NCBI GenBank assembly: GCA_013297755.1
Contig: JAAFIH010000017.1
Span: 26,264 to 90,263 of the forward strand
Reading direction: 5' to 3'
Origin: Cytophagales bacterium
GTDB taxonomy: Bacteria; Bacteroidota; Bacteroidia; Cytophagales; UBA9547
DNA length: 64,000 nt
Shown: piece after piece, positions 42,352 to 50,662 of the stretch
Numbering within the stretch: position 1 is the stretch's first letter
Layout of the letters: the number at the start of each line of letters is the position of its first letter
Program-made: the position numbers and the translations under genes
Notes under the pieces: generated by a model
The model's input: the letters and a program-made list of their open reading frames with translations, nothing else
Database searches by the model: none
Told to the model about the DNA's origin: nothing

Positions 42352-42563
42352 TTTGCTTTTTTGTTAGTAATTTTTTGGTATTTTTCATAAACTTTTTCTC
42401 CTGGCTTTTCGTTTCGTTTAAGATAAGCAAACCAAAGAAAGAAACCTGTACAAAACATAATTATCCAATAGCTATTTGCAAAACCATTGGTCATAATTTG
42501 ATGTAATCCTATGATGAGTAATGCTACTGAAAGTGCAAAAATAAGGGTAGGAAACAATTTCAT
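42348..42563 (-). CDS. small membrane protein (2 TM)
   Basis: Hydrophobic 71-aa ORF whose stop overlaps the downstream start by 4 nt. Confidence 0.4.
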   Translation of the reverse strand: MKLFPTLIFALSVALLIIGLHQIMTNGFANSYWIIMFCTGFFLWFAYLKRNEKPGEKVYEKYQKITNKKAK

Positions 42564-42653
42564 TTGACAAAAATAATATTAAAAAGAACTAACCTCAATT
42601 TAGTAGTATACTAAAATATTGATTAGTTCTTTTGATTTAATATTGAATAAAAC

Positions 42654-43664
42654 TTAAACTTCGGCTGTTTTGGCAGTTTCTACATTGTAAACTGACATAT
42701 CGTTTAGTTTAACTTTGCCTCTGTCTGCACGTGCAGTACGAGAAAAAACCGACATATTTTTATCAAACAAAAACCTAAATAATAGTTGGGTGTAGGATGT
42801 GTGATAATGTAATGTTTCGTAATACTCGTCTGCTACTTTTTTGAGGGTAGGTAGTTTGTTCCATGGCACAGATGGAAAATCATGGTGTTCGTTGTGGTAA
42901 CCTACATTAAGATTTACAAAATTGGCTACTCCATAATAACTTTTGGTTTCTTGGTCTCCATGAGTAAGGTAATGTTCTTGAATCCAACGAGCACCCATGG
43001 GATGAAGACCAATAGAAAAAAAGAAACTAGCAGTCATAAAAATAAATCCTTTGGCACCAAAAAGATAAATAACACCAGCCACAAAACTAAATTGTACTAC
43101 CCAATTGACAACTGTCCAGAAATCGAATATTTTGATTTCGCCAGTAAGTCTCAATGGTCTAAATAGCTGAAAAACAGGATAAAAAAGCAACCAAAGTGCT
43201 TTACCAAAAGTAGAATTATTGATTAATTTGGCTTCCCAGTGATATGGCATATCAGCATCAAGCTCTTCTACACCTTGAAAAGAATGGTGTTTGAGATGAT
43301 ATTTTTGGAACGAAACTGAACTTGGAAATATTAAGGCCAAATTAGCAATGATACCAGCAATGGTATTGGCTCGTTTGTCTTTAAAAATCAAATTGTGGGC
43401 ACATTCGTGGATACAGATAAATAGCGTATGACAAGCAAAGGCTCCAATAAGGTAAGCAGCCACAAAACCCAACCACCAAGGTTGGTCTTTGAGATACCAA
43501 GCAAGAGCAATTTGGATACCAACCGCTAAGAAAACTACAAAAATGGTGTATGGATTACGACCAATCAATTCTCTAACTTCTGGGTATTTTCTTATAATTT
43601 CTCTTGTGCGAACTCTGTGAGGTTCAGCTTCATCAGACCAATTAAATGTATTAAATTCTGCCAT
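42654..43664 (-). CDS. fatty acid desaturase, sphingolipid delta-4 (DEGS1)-like
   Basis: N-terminal FNWSDEAEPHRVRTREIIRKYPEV (Lipid_DES-like) and three His boxes: HECAHN, HLKHH, HNEHHDF. Confidence 0.75.
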   Translation of the reverse strand: MAEFNTFNWSDEAEPHRVRTREIIRKYPEVRELIGRNPYTIFVVFLAVGIQIALAWYLKDQPWWLGFVAAYLIGAFACHTLFICIHECAHNLIFKDKRANTIAGIIANLALIFPSSVSFQKYHLKHHSFQGVEELDADMPYHWEAKLINNSTFGKALWLLFYPVFQLFRPLRLTGEIKIFDFWTVVNWVVQFSFVAGVIYLFGAKGFIFMTASFFFSIGLHPMGARWIQEHYLTHGDQETKSYYGVANFVNLNVGYHNEHHDFPSVPWNKLPTLKKVADEYYETLHYHTSYTQLLFRFLFDKNMSVFSRTARADRGKVKLNDMSVYNVETAKTAEV

Positions 43665-43862
43665 TTTCGTGTTATTCTAATTAATTATTTTTACAAAATT
43701 AACTTATTAATATAATGTATAAAAACATTGTTGCATAAATTATTAAAAAAAATAAAAATTTGAGGAGTTTGTGGTTTAAATGATCATTGAAATAGGGCAA
43801 ATAGTTACTAAAAAAGAATGAATAAATGTTAATAATATGTATTTTTTTGCAAGTCAATAATT

Positions 43863-44408
43863 TTAAATCTTGAATACAAATAATAAATGCACTGAAATCT
43901 GGCTAGAAATTGTTTCAGAAATAGCAGGACCTATTTTAATATATAAGTTTGATATACGCTCAAAATCATAATCAAACTTATTTTTTGTACAATTTACTAC
44001 TTCAAAAGAATAAAAATCTGGAAAAACTGTATCATTTATGGTTTTATTGTTTTCTATAAATTCTATATTGAAGGGGTTATTTAATAATTTATCATTTTTG
44101 GTGGAACATTTAATTTTATGAATATTGTACTTATAATATTTATATTTTATGTTCATTTCTATTTCATTCAAAAAGTTATCTGGTTTTTCTATAATAATAC
44201 CTTTACCTTTAGAAGAAACTATACCTTCTAAATCTGCAACACCATCATAAGGGGTTTTAATGTTACCTTTTTTATTAATTAATGGACAAATTAATGCTTT
44301 ACTGTCACTGTTTGTTATTTCGAACTTAATTATAAATTTATTTTGTTCTATTGGTTTATGAAATTTTATTTCATTGCAATTATATTGTATTTCGTTTGGG
44401 TATTTCAT
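43863..44408 (-). CDS. hypothetical protein
   Basis: ORF only. The ATG at 44408 (MKYPNE) is preferred over the extended ORF. AT-rich, with no recognised family. Confidence 0.3.
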   Translation of the reverse strand: MKYPNEIQYNCNEIKFHKPIEQNKFIIKFEITNSDSKALICPLINKKGNIKTPYDGVADLEGIVSSKGKGIIIEKPDNFLNEIEMNIKYKYYKYNIHKIKCSTKNDKLLNNPFNIEFIENNKTINDTVFPDFYSFEVVNCTKNKFDYDFERISNLYIKIGPAISETISSQISVHLLFVFKI

Positions 44409-44633
44409 TTTTTTATTGGGTTTTTTAAGTACAAAGTTATACAATAAAATTTGATTACACAAATAAAATAAAGTCATAAATTGATTTAATTTCGTCTCCT
44501 AGTTTTGTGTTATACAATAATCTTTAATTGTTGGTTGTATTTGTGCAAAAACCAATTTTCAGAATGGAAATAAAATGGATGGAGAACTAAACTCTAAATT
44601 TTAAAATAGTAATATCATTTTTACAAGTTATAA

Positions 44634-44730
44634 TCGAATGTCGTTTAATTATGCAATTTTTATTGGTTTAATCAGAACATCTTTCTCCTTTAGAAAAAGA
44701 TGATCTGATTCTAAATTAAACGACATTGAA
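44634..44730. repeat. palindromic MITE/REP-like element, AATGTCG-TIR family, copy 2
   Basis: TIRs CGAATGTCGTTTAATT / AATTAAACGACATTGAA, with inner hairpin AATCAGAACATCTTT...AAAGATGATCTGATT. The right end abuts the uxaA-like stop codon at 44731. Confidence 0.6.
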
Positions 44731-46428
44731 CTACAAACTCACTCCCCTTTTCCAAGGAATAAAATCATCTTGTCCTAAAATTTGGGCTTTAGTTGTGATT
44801 TCGCCAGAAGCAACTTTTAACACAAAATCTAAAATCTCTTCTCCCATTTGTGGAATTGATTTTTCGCCAGTAATTACGGTTCCTGTATTAATATCAATAA
44901 TGTCGGGCATACGTTCTGCTAAGGCATTGTTGGTACTAATTTTTACAACTGGACAAACTGGATTTCCTGTAGGTGTTCCTAAACCTGTTGTAAAACAAAT
45001 GACATTAGTTCCTGATGCTGTTTTTCCTGTAGTTGCTTCCACATCATTGCCAGGTGTACACACTAAATTTAAACCAGGTTTAGTGCTTTTTTCTGTATAA
45101 TCTAGCACATCTGTAACTGGCGAAAGTCCCCCTTTTCTGGCTGCTCCACATGATTTTATGGCATCTGTTATCAAACCATCTTTGATATTTCCTGGTGATG
45201 GGTTCATATAAAATCCACTTCCCACAGCTTCAGCTTGTGCAGAATAGGCTCTCATCAATGAAATAAATTTATTTGCCACGTCATTATTGATGGCTCTATC
45301 CACCATTTCTTGTTCTACACCATTAAGTTCTGGAAATTCTGCCATCATCACAGTTCCTCCACAAGCTACTAATAAATCAGCTGCATAACCAAGAGCTGGA
45401 TTGGCTGAAATGCCTGAAAATCCATCACTTCCGCCACATTTTACACCCATTTTTATGTAAGAAATAGAGGCAGGTTTGCGTTCAATTTTGTTTGCTTCAA
45501 TGAGTTGAATAAATGTTTGTTTGATAGCCTCAGAAACTACATTTTCTTCTGTACCGCCTTTTTGCTGACTAAATGTTAGAATGGGTTTATCAAATTTAGG
45601 ATTTCTATCTAAAATATCTTTTTTCAGGGCATCAGCTTGCAAATGTTCGCATCCAAGATTCATAATGGTAACTCCACAAACATTAGGATGATCGGTATAG
45701 GCAGCTAGAAGTTTGCTTAAAATAGCAGAATCTTGACGTGTGCCTCCACATCCACCTTGGTGAGTGAGGAATTTGATGCCATCGAGGTTTTTGAAAAGTC
45801 GAGAATTGGTTGTTTGGAGTTCGGAGTTAGAAGGAGGTAGGAAATTGATTTTTTCAATTTCTTCTTTTTTGATAAAAGCATTTACTAACTCTTTTGTGAA
45901 TACTTTGTATTTATCAGGTTGGGCATAGCCTAGTTCTTGGTAAAAGGCTTCTTTAATGATTTCAAGATTTCTGTTTTCGCAGAATACAGTTGGAATAAAC
46001 AACCAATAGTTAGCAGTTCCCACACTTCCATCTGAGCGATGATAACCTAAAAAAGTTCTGTTTTTGAATTTTGAAGCATCTGGAGCTGTCCATTGGTAAG
46101 GTTTTTTCTTTTCTATAGAATAATCTTCAGAGGCGTGTTTGAGATTTTCTGTATGAATCAATCCACCTTTTTTGATGAATTGTGTTGCTTTTCCCACCAC
46201 AACACCATACATTTTCATAGCTTCACCAATGTCAAAATCCTTGGTTACAAATTTGTGTTTAGCAGGAACATCATCTTGAAGAATATAAACATTTCCTTCA
46301 AAATTAATTTCGGCTCCTTTTTTTAAATCTTGTAAAGCTACAATTACGTTATCAACTGGGTGAACTTTTAATACTGCCCCCAACACCGAAGGGGAGCTAT
46401 TTAATGTACTAGAATTTGAAATATTCAT
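44731..46428 (-). CDS. UxaA/altronate-dehydratase family protein; candidate L-fuconate dehydratase by context
   Basis: SAF-like N-terminal domain (HPVDNVIVALQDLKKG) and UxaA C-terminal domain (HQGGCGGTRQD, VKCGGSDGFSG). It sits in the fucose cluster. Confidence 0.8.
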   Translation of the reverse strand: MNISNSSTLNSSPSVLGAVLKVHPVDNVIVALQDLKKGAEINFEGNVYILQDDVPAKHKFVTKDFDIGEAMKMYGVVVGKATQFIKKGGLIHTENLKHASEDYSIEKKKPYQWTAPDASKFKNRTFLGYHRSDGSVGTANYWLFIPTVFCENRNLEIIKEAFYQELGYAQPDKYKVFTKELVNAFIKKEEIEKINFLPPSNSELQTTNSRLFKNLDGIKFLTHQGGCGGTRQDSAILSKLLAAYTDHPNVCGVTIMNLGCEHLQADALKKDILDRNPKFDKPILTFSQQKGGTEENVVSEAIKQTFIQLIEANKIERKPASISYIKMGVKCGGSDGFSGISANPALGYAADLLVACGGTVMMAEFPELNGVEQEMVDRAINNDVANKFISLMRAYSAQAEAVGSGFYMNPSPGNIKDGLITDAIKSCGAARKGGLSPVTDVLDYTEKSTKPGLNLVCTPGNDVEATTGKTASGTNVICFTTGLGTPTGNPVCPVVKISTNNALAERMPDIIDINTGTVITGEKSIPQMGEEILDFVLKVASGEITTKAQILGQDDFIPWKRGVSL

Positions 46429-46471
46429 TTTTTAATTAAGTTTTTAAAGGAGTCGGAAAATGCAATTTCCA

Positions 46472-46681
46472 TTATAGAAAACAATTAAGAGATTTGATAT
46501 CAGAAGAAAAAGTTAAAGTACCATTTCTTTCTTGTTTTGATGAAATTTTATAGTTTTTGTAAATATCTTCTTTTTTAGCTTCAATGATATTGTGTTCTAA
46601 AAGTTGTTTTATTTCTAGCGTTTCTTCAACTGTCAATTTATAAGTAGCATCAACTACTTTATCAAATATCATACTTTTCAT
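46472..46681 (-). CDS. hypothetical small protein
   Basis: 69-aa ORF only. Confidence 0.25.
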   Translation of the reverse strand: MKSMIFDKVVDATYKLTVEETLEIKQLLEHNIIEAKKEDIYKNYKISSKQERNGTLTFSSDIKSLNCFL

Positions 46682-46706
46682 TTCTTTAAATTATTATGTT
46701 ACTAAA

Positions 46707-47129
46707 TTAGATAAAACTGCAATTATAAAAAATTTTAAACGGACATTCTTTTGCAAGTTCGTCATAACCTTTGTCGTTGTGTACTAAAGTTATGTTAGAA
46801 TTTATGGCATAAGTAGCAATTAGGCAATCATTGGGTTTACGAATTGTAATTCCTTTTTTACGAAGATGAAAATACATTTGAGCAGCGAGAACAGACATTT
46901 CGTAAGGATTAGCTTCAATCCTTTTTATATCGTCAATTATACTTTTTAAATGAGTGAATTTTCTAGCATCTGATACCCCTTGTAATATTTCTTGAACAAT
47001 TGGTGGACAAATAAAATTATTGTAAGAAGAAAAAATCTTATCTTTTAATAGTTCCGTTCTTACTTCATTCACTCCTTTGATATAATTAATCCAGATACTT
47101 ATATCAAACATTACTTTCCCATTTGTCAT
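46707..47129 (-). CDS. vapC: type II toxin VapC (PIN domain)
   Basis: MFDISIWINYIKG (first acidic residue), IVQEILQG, and NDCLIATYAI...LVHNDKGY. The start is possibly the internal ATG at 47111, which overlaps the vapB stop. Confidence 0.75.
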   Translation of the reverse strand: MTNGKVMFDISIWINYIKGVNEVRTELLKDKIFSSYNNFICPPIVQEILQGVSDARKFTHLKSIIDDIKRIEANPYEMSVLAAQMYFHLRKKGITIRKPNDCLIATYAINSNITLVHNDKGYDELAKECPFKIFYNCSFI

Positions 47130-47316
47130 AAGTTCTCATTTCATCTAAATTGCCAACCCAAGAATTTTCACCACGCATTTTTTCAAACTCGATTAGTTTT
47201 AAAAGTCTTAAATGTGTGTCTAAGGCAATATCTACTGCTTCTTTTTTAGTTTTGAATTTGCCCATTTGCATTAACAATTCCATTTTTTGATCATCTATTT
47301 CAATATTTGTCCTCAT
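47104..47316 (-). CDS. vapB: type II antitoxin VapB (DUF2191-like)
   Basis: MRTNIEIDDQKMELLMQ...KKEAVDIAL N-terminus, 70 aa, overlapping the PIN gene. Confidence 0.7.
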   Translation of the reverse strand: MRTNIEIDDQKMELLMQMGKFKTKKEAVDIALDTHLRLLKLIEFEKMRGENSWVGNLDEMRTYDKWESNV

Positions 47317-47362
47317 AAAATTTGAAATTTATACACAAAAATAATAAAAATTATACACAAAG

Positions 47363-47409
47363 AATTCATAATTCATAATTCATAATTCATAATTCATAAT
47401 TCATAATTT
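47363..47409. repeat. heptanucleotide tandem array (AATTCAT)x6-7
   Basis: Read directly. It occupies the gap between the SDR stop (47410) and the vapB start. Confidence 0.85.
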
Positions 47410-48189
47410 CTATAGTGCCCTATCCAAATGCGTATAGCCGCCATCTACATATAGAATTTGCCCAGTTGTGTGTGCCGAAACTTCTGAGGCAAGAAATAAA
47501 ACTGTGTTTGCGATTTCTTCTGCAGTTGTAAAGCGATTTTCAAGTGGAATTTTTGATGTTATTTTCTTTAATTTTTCTTCTGGATTGGCAAAAGTTTTTA
47601 TCCATCTATCGTAAAGAGGTGTATAAACCTCAGCAGGAATAACCGAGTTTACTCTAATTCCAAATGGCAAAAGTTCTACTGCCCATTCTCTTGTTAAAGC
47701 ATTTTGAGCTCCTTTGCTAGCAGCATAACCAGATGTGCCACCCTGCCCAGTTACCGCAGTTTTAGACCCAATATTAATGATATTTCCTTTGGTTTTCTTC
47801 AAATAAGGCAGTGCAAAATGAGCCAAATTATAGTAATGAAACAGGTTTTTGTGCATGGATTCGATAAACTTTTCTGGCGAACCATGTTCTAATCCAACGC
47901 CATCGTTTACACCAGCATTATTAATCAAAACATCGATTTGTCCATAAATAGAAATGGTTTTTTCAATCGCATTTTTACAATCCAAAACATCAGAAAGTTC
48001 TGTTTTAATAAATTGAAATTCAGCTTTGAGATTTTTTAGCTTTTGCTCAATTTCTATTCCAGCAATATCCGAGCGACCCAAAATCACTACTTTTGCACCT
48101 TCAGAAACAGCCCCAAGCGTTATTGCCTCGCCAATACCAGCTCCTCCGCCTGTAACGATGATAACTTTGTTTTTTAATTTTAAATCCAT
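47410..48189 (-). CDS. SDR family oxidoreductase; candidate L-fucose dehydrogenase by context
   Basis: TGGGAGIGEA Rossmann motif, NNAG, and the YxxxK context YAASKGA. Confidence 0.75.
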   Translation of the reverse strand: MDLKLKNKVIIVTGGGAGIGEAITLGAVSEGAKVVILGRSDIAGIEIEQKLKNLKAEFQFIKTELSDVLDCKNAIEKTISIYGQIDVLINNAGVNDGVGLEHGSPEKFIESMHKNLFHYYNLAHFALPYLKKTKGNIINIGSKTAVTGQGGTSGYAASKGAQNALTREWAVELLPFGIRVNSVIPAEVYTPLYDRWIKTFANPEEKLKKITSKIPLENRFTTAEEIANTVLFLASEVSAHTTGQILYVDGGYTHLDRAL

Positions 48190-48196
48190 TTTTTTA

Positions 48197-48284
48197 ATGT
48201 GTTATGTGTAATGTGTAATGCGTAATGTGTAATGTGTAATGTGTAATGCGTAATGGTAATGCGTAATGTTTAATAGGTAATGCT
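48197..48284. repeat. heptanucleotide tandem array (GTGTAAT/GCGTAAT), about 12 units
   Basis: Read directly. It lies immediately upstream of the SDR start; the sense strand reads ATTACAC repeats. Confidence 0.85.
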
Positions 48285-48320
48285 TTTGTTTTATTGAGAG
48301 CAAGCCAAGCCATTTTGGGG

Positions 48321-49892
48321 CTAGATATTATAAAATTTTATTGCATTTTTTGCCATGATTTTTTCTTGTTCGTTGATACTTAAATCAGAAATATAGTTTG
48401 ATACAATTCCTAAAACTTGTTGATAATCAGCGGCTAGTAAACACACAGGCCAATCGGAGCCATAAATCAATCTATCAGTTCCAAACGTGTTGAAAACGGT
48501 ATCTAATACTTGTCTAAAATCAGATTCTTTCCAACTTTGCCAATGGGCTTCGGTTACCATGCCTGAAACTTTGCAAAATACATTGGGCAAATGTTTAAAT
48601 GCCTGCATATCATTTTTCCATTCACTAAAATCTTGGTTACGAATATCAGGTTTAGCCAAATGGTCAATCACAAATTTTTGATTTGGAAATTCTTGAACCA
48701 GTTCCAATGCCTCTTCCAATTGATGTGGTTTTAGTAATAAATCGTAAGTATAATTTTGGTTTTTAAGCTTTGAAATAAAATATCTAAACTTATCATCAGA
48801 CATAAATCCGTTTGGCTTTGCTTGGATGATATGTCGGAAACCTTTTAATAGTTCGTAGTTGGGAGTTTGTAGTTGGGAGTTCGTAGTTGGGAGTTCGTGG
48901 TTGGGAGTTCGTAGTTGGGAGTTCGTAGTTGGGAGTTCGTGGTTGGGAGTTCGTAGTTGGGAGTTCGTAGTTGGGAGTTGGGAGTTCGTAGTTAGGAGTT
49001 CGGAGTTAGGAGTTGGGAGTTCGTAGTTGGGAGTTCGTAGTTGGGAGTTAGGAGTTAGGAGTTGGGAGTTCGTAGTTAGGAGTTGGGAGTTCGTGGTTCG
49101 TGGTTCGGAGTTATTTTTCTCCGAACTAAAACCTTTCTCCGAACTACGAACTACGAACTCCGAACTATTACCTTTCTCCGAACTACGAACTCTGAACTCC
49201 GAACTATTTCCTTTCTCCGAACTACGAACTCCGAACTCCGAACTATTTCCTTTCTCCGAACTAAAACCTAAATCTGCCCAGCCCACAACACCTTTTATAA
49301 AATCATGTTTTGAAGCCAAATCTAATAAAAACTCTGTTTCTTGCCATGTTTCGGCAGCTTGAACGGCAATAATTCCGTAGTTTGTAGTTGGGAGTTCGTA
49401 GATGGGAGTTCGTAGTTCGTAGTTGGGAGTTCGTAGTTCGTAGTTGGGAGTTCGTGGTTCGTAGTTGGGAGTTCGTGGTTGGGAGTTTTTTTTCTCCGAA
49501 CTCCGAACTCCGAACTCCGAACTATTTTTTTTCTCCGAACTACGAACTAAGTTCTCCAAACTATTACCTTTCTCCGAACTACGAACTACAAACTCCGAAC
49601 TAAAACCTTTCTCCGAACTCCGAACTCCGAACTCCGAACTATTATTTTTCTCCAAACTATTACCTTTCCCCGAACTACGAACTACGAACTCCGAACTATT
49701 ACCTTTCCCCGAACTACGAACTACGAACTCCGAACTATTACCTTTCCCCGAACTAAAATCATCAGGAAGAAATGATTTTTTAATCACTTCCATTCCATCA
49801 CCAATCCAATCAAATTCTGGATTATTTGCATCGTAATTCCAAAAATGCACATGAGAATCTATAAAGTTCACGGTTGGTTGTTGGTTGTTCAT
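48321..49892 (-). CDS. amidohydrolase-2 family protein (L-fucono-1,5-lactonase-like) carrying two in-frame repeat insertions
   Basis: Conserved blocks FIDSHVHFW, GIIAVQAAE, GVVGWADL, KGFRHI, FVIDHLAKP and LIYGSDWPV. They are interrupted by about 126 and about 139 codons of low-complexity sequence. Total is 523 aa against my recollection of roughly 280-290 aa for this family. Confidence 0.75.
   Translation of the reverse strand: MNNQQPTVNFIDSHVHFWNYDANNPEFDWIGDGMEVIKKSFLPDDFSSGKGNSSEFVVRSSGKGNSSEFVVRSSGKGNSLEKNNSSEFGVRSSEKGFSSEFVVRSSEKGNSLENLVRSSEKKNSSEFGVRSSEKKNSQPRTPNYEPRTPNYELRTPNYELRTPIYELPTTNYGIIAVQAAETWQETEFLLDLASKHDFIKGVVGWADLGFSSEKGNSSEFGVRSSEKGNSSEFRVRSSEKGNSSEFVVRSSEKGFSSEKNNSEPRTTNSQLLTTNSQLLTPNSQLRTPNYELPTPNSELLTTNSQLPTTNSQLRTPNHELPTTNSQLRTPNHELPTTNSQLQTPNYELLKGFRHIIQAKPNGFMSDDKFRYFISKLKNQNYTYDLLLKPHQLEEALELVQEFPNQKFVIDHLAKPDIRNQDFSEWKNDMQAFKHLPNVFCKVSGMVTEAHWQSWKESDFRQVLDTVFNTFGTDRLIYGSDWPVCLLAADYQQVLGIVSNYISDLSINEQEKIMAKNAIKFYNI
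48847..49262. repeat. inverted-arm heptamer element inside the lactonase CDS (insertion 2)
   Basis: Plus strand: about 263 nt of TTGGGAG/TTCGTAG units, then the apex TTCGGAG-ttattttt-CTCCGAA, then about 145 nt of CTCCGAA/CTACGAA units with CTATTTCCTTT spacers. Confidence 0.85.
49377..49755. repeat. inverted-arm heptamer element inside the lactonase CDS (insertion 1)
   Basis: About 110 nt of TTGGGAG/TTCGTAG units, then the apex GGGAG-T8-CTCC, then about 262 nt of the complementary CTCCGAA/CTACGAA units in 39-nt higher-order repeats. Confidence 0.85.
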
Positions 49893-49898
49893 AGAGAA

Positions 49899-50255
49899 TT
49901 AAGATTTTATTGATTTTTTTAGTCCACTTATCATTTTGATTATTTCTTCTAATTTTTGGTATTGATTATTAAAGTCTACCTCTAAAATTATATTTCTTTT
50001 TTTTCCAAGATGCAAACAACTAACACATTCTATTGCTGACCTCATGGCTATTGAAAGAAATCTAGCAAATTCAGGTTTTGTCTGACCAGTTGAACCTTCT
50101 GCAATATTTAATACAATAGAATCAGCAGCTCGTTGAAATTGGCTTGATAAAACATACTTTTCTTCGGAAGGGAATTTTTTTATCAAAATATTAACTTCTA
50201 AAGAATAATCTAAAGCCTTTTGCCAAACTTGTAAGTTTTCAAAATTAAATGCCAT
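49899..50255 (-). CDS. four-helix-bundle protein (23S rRNA intervening-sequence protein family, TIGR02436-like)
   Basis: FENLQVWQKALDY...FPSEEKYVLSSQFQRAADSIVLNIAEGS...EFARFLSIAMRSAIE, 118 aa. Confidence 0.8.
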   Translation of the reverse strand: MAFNFENLQVWQKALDYSLEVNILIKKFPSEEKYVLSSQFQRAADSIVLNIAEGSTGQTKPEFARFLSIAMRSAIECVSCLHLGKKRNIILEVDFNNQYQKLEEIIKMISGLKKSIKS

Positions 50256-50256
50256 G

Positions 50257-50437
50257 GTTTTTGGTTTTTAGTTTTTAGTTGGGAGTTCGTAGAATTTAGT
50301 TGGGAGTTCGTAGAATTTAGTTCGTAGTTCGTAGAATTTAGTTTGTAGTTCGTAGAATTTAGTTCGTAGTTCGTAGTTGGGAGTTGGTTGTTCATAGAAT
50401 TGAGTTTTTAGTTGGTGGATTTTAGTTTTGGAGTTTA
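50257..50437. repeat. heptamer array, G-rich orientation (left arm of a large intergenic inverted repeat)
   Basis: 21-nt higher-order unit AGTTGGGAGTTCGTAGAATTT x4 plus TTTTTAG/TTGGGAG units. It is the reverse complement of the array at 50663-50874. Confidence 0.85.
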
Positions 50438-50662
50438 TTTTGAAATTATTAGTCTATCGATTAAATTATTTTTTTTGGGATAAATAGTTACTAAGTGATG
50501 TTACGCTGATTTTTTTTTAAATCATTGTCAGTCTTATTTTTTCAAGCATTCATAGGTTATTAACAATATTAAAATTTCAATAAAATTATAGTTTTGCGTA
50601 ACATCAATTACTAAATATAACTTATTAACTGGATTCGACATAAAATTTAATAAATAATAAAC

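Noticed and set aside
49027-49836. Plus-strand ORFs inside the repeat inserts (49027-49362, 49083-49271, 49388-49603, 49465-49836), and also 50210-50395, 51442-51666 and 55129-55365
   Set aside because: These are translations of heptamer arrays (MGVRSWEFVVRSWE and similar). They are artefacts of stop-poor repeats.
48321-49892. Calling the lactonase-like gene a pseudogene, or the inserts inteins or introns
   Set aside because: The frame is continuous and all conserved blocks are intact, so a pseudogene call is not supported by sequence alone. The inserts are low-complexity and lack intein splice-junction or HNH/LAGLIDADG motifs. They are too small and too repetitive for group I or II introns. 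The gene is flagged as a finding instead.
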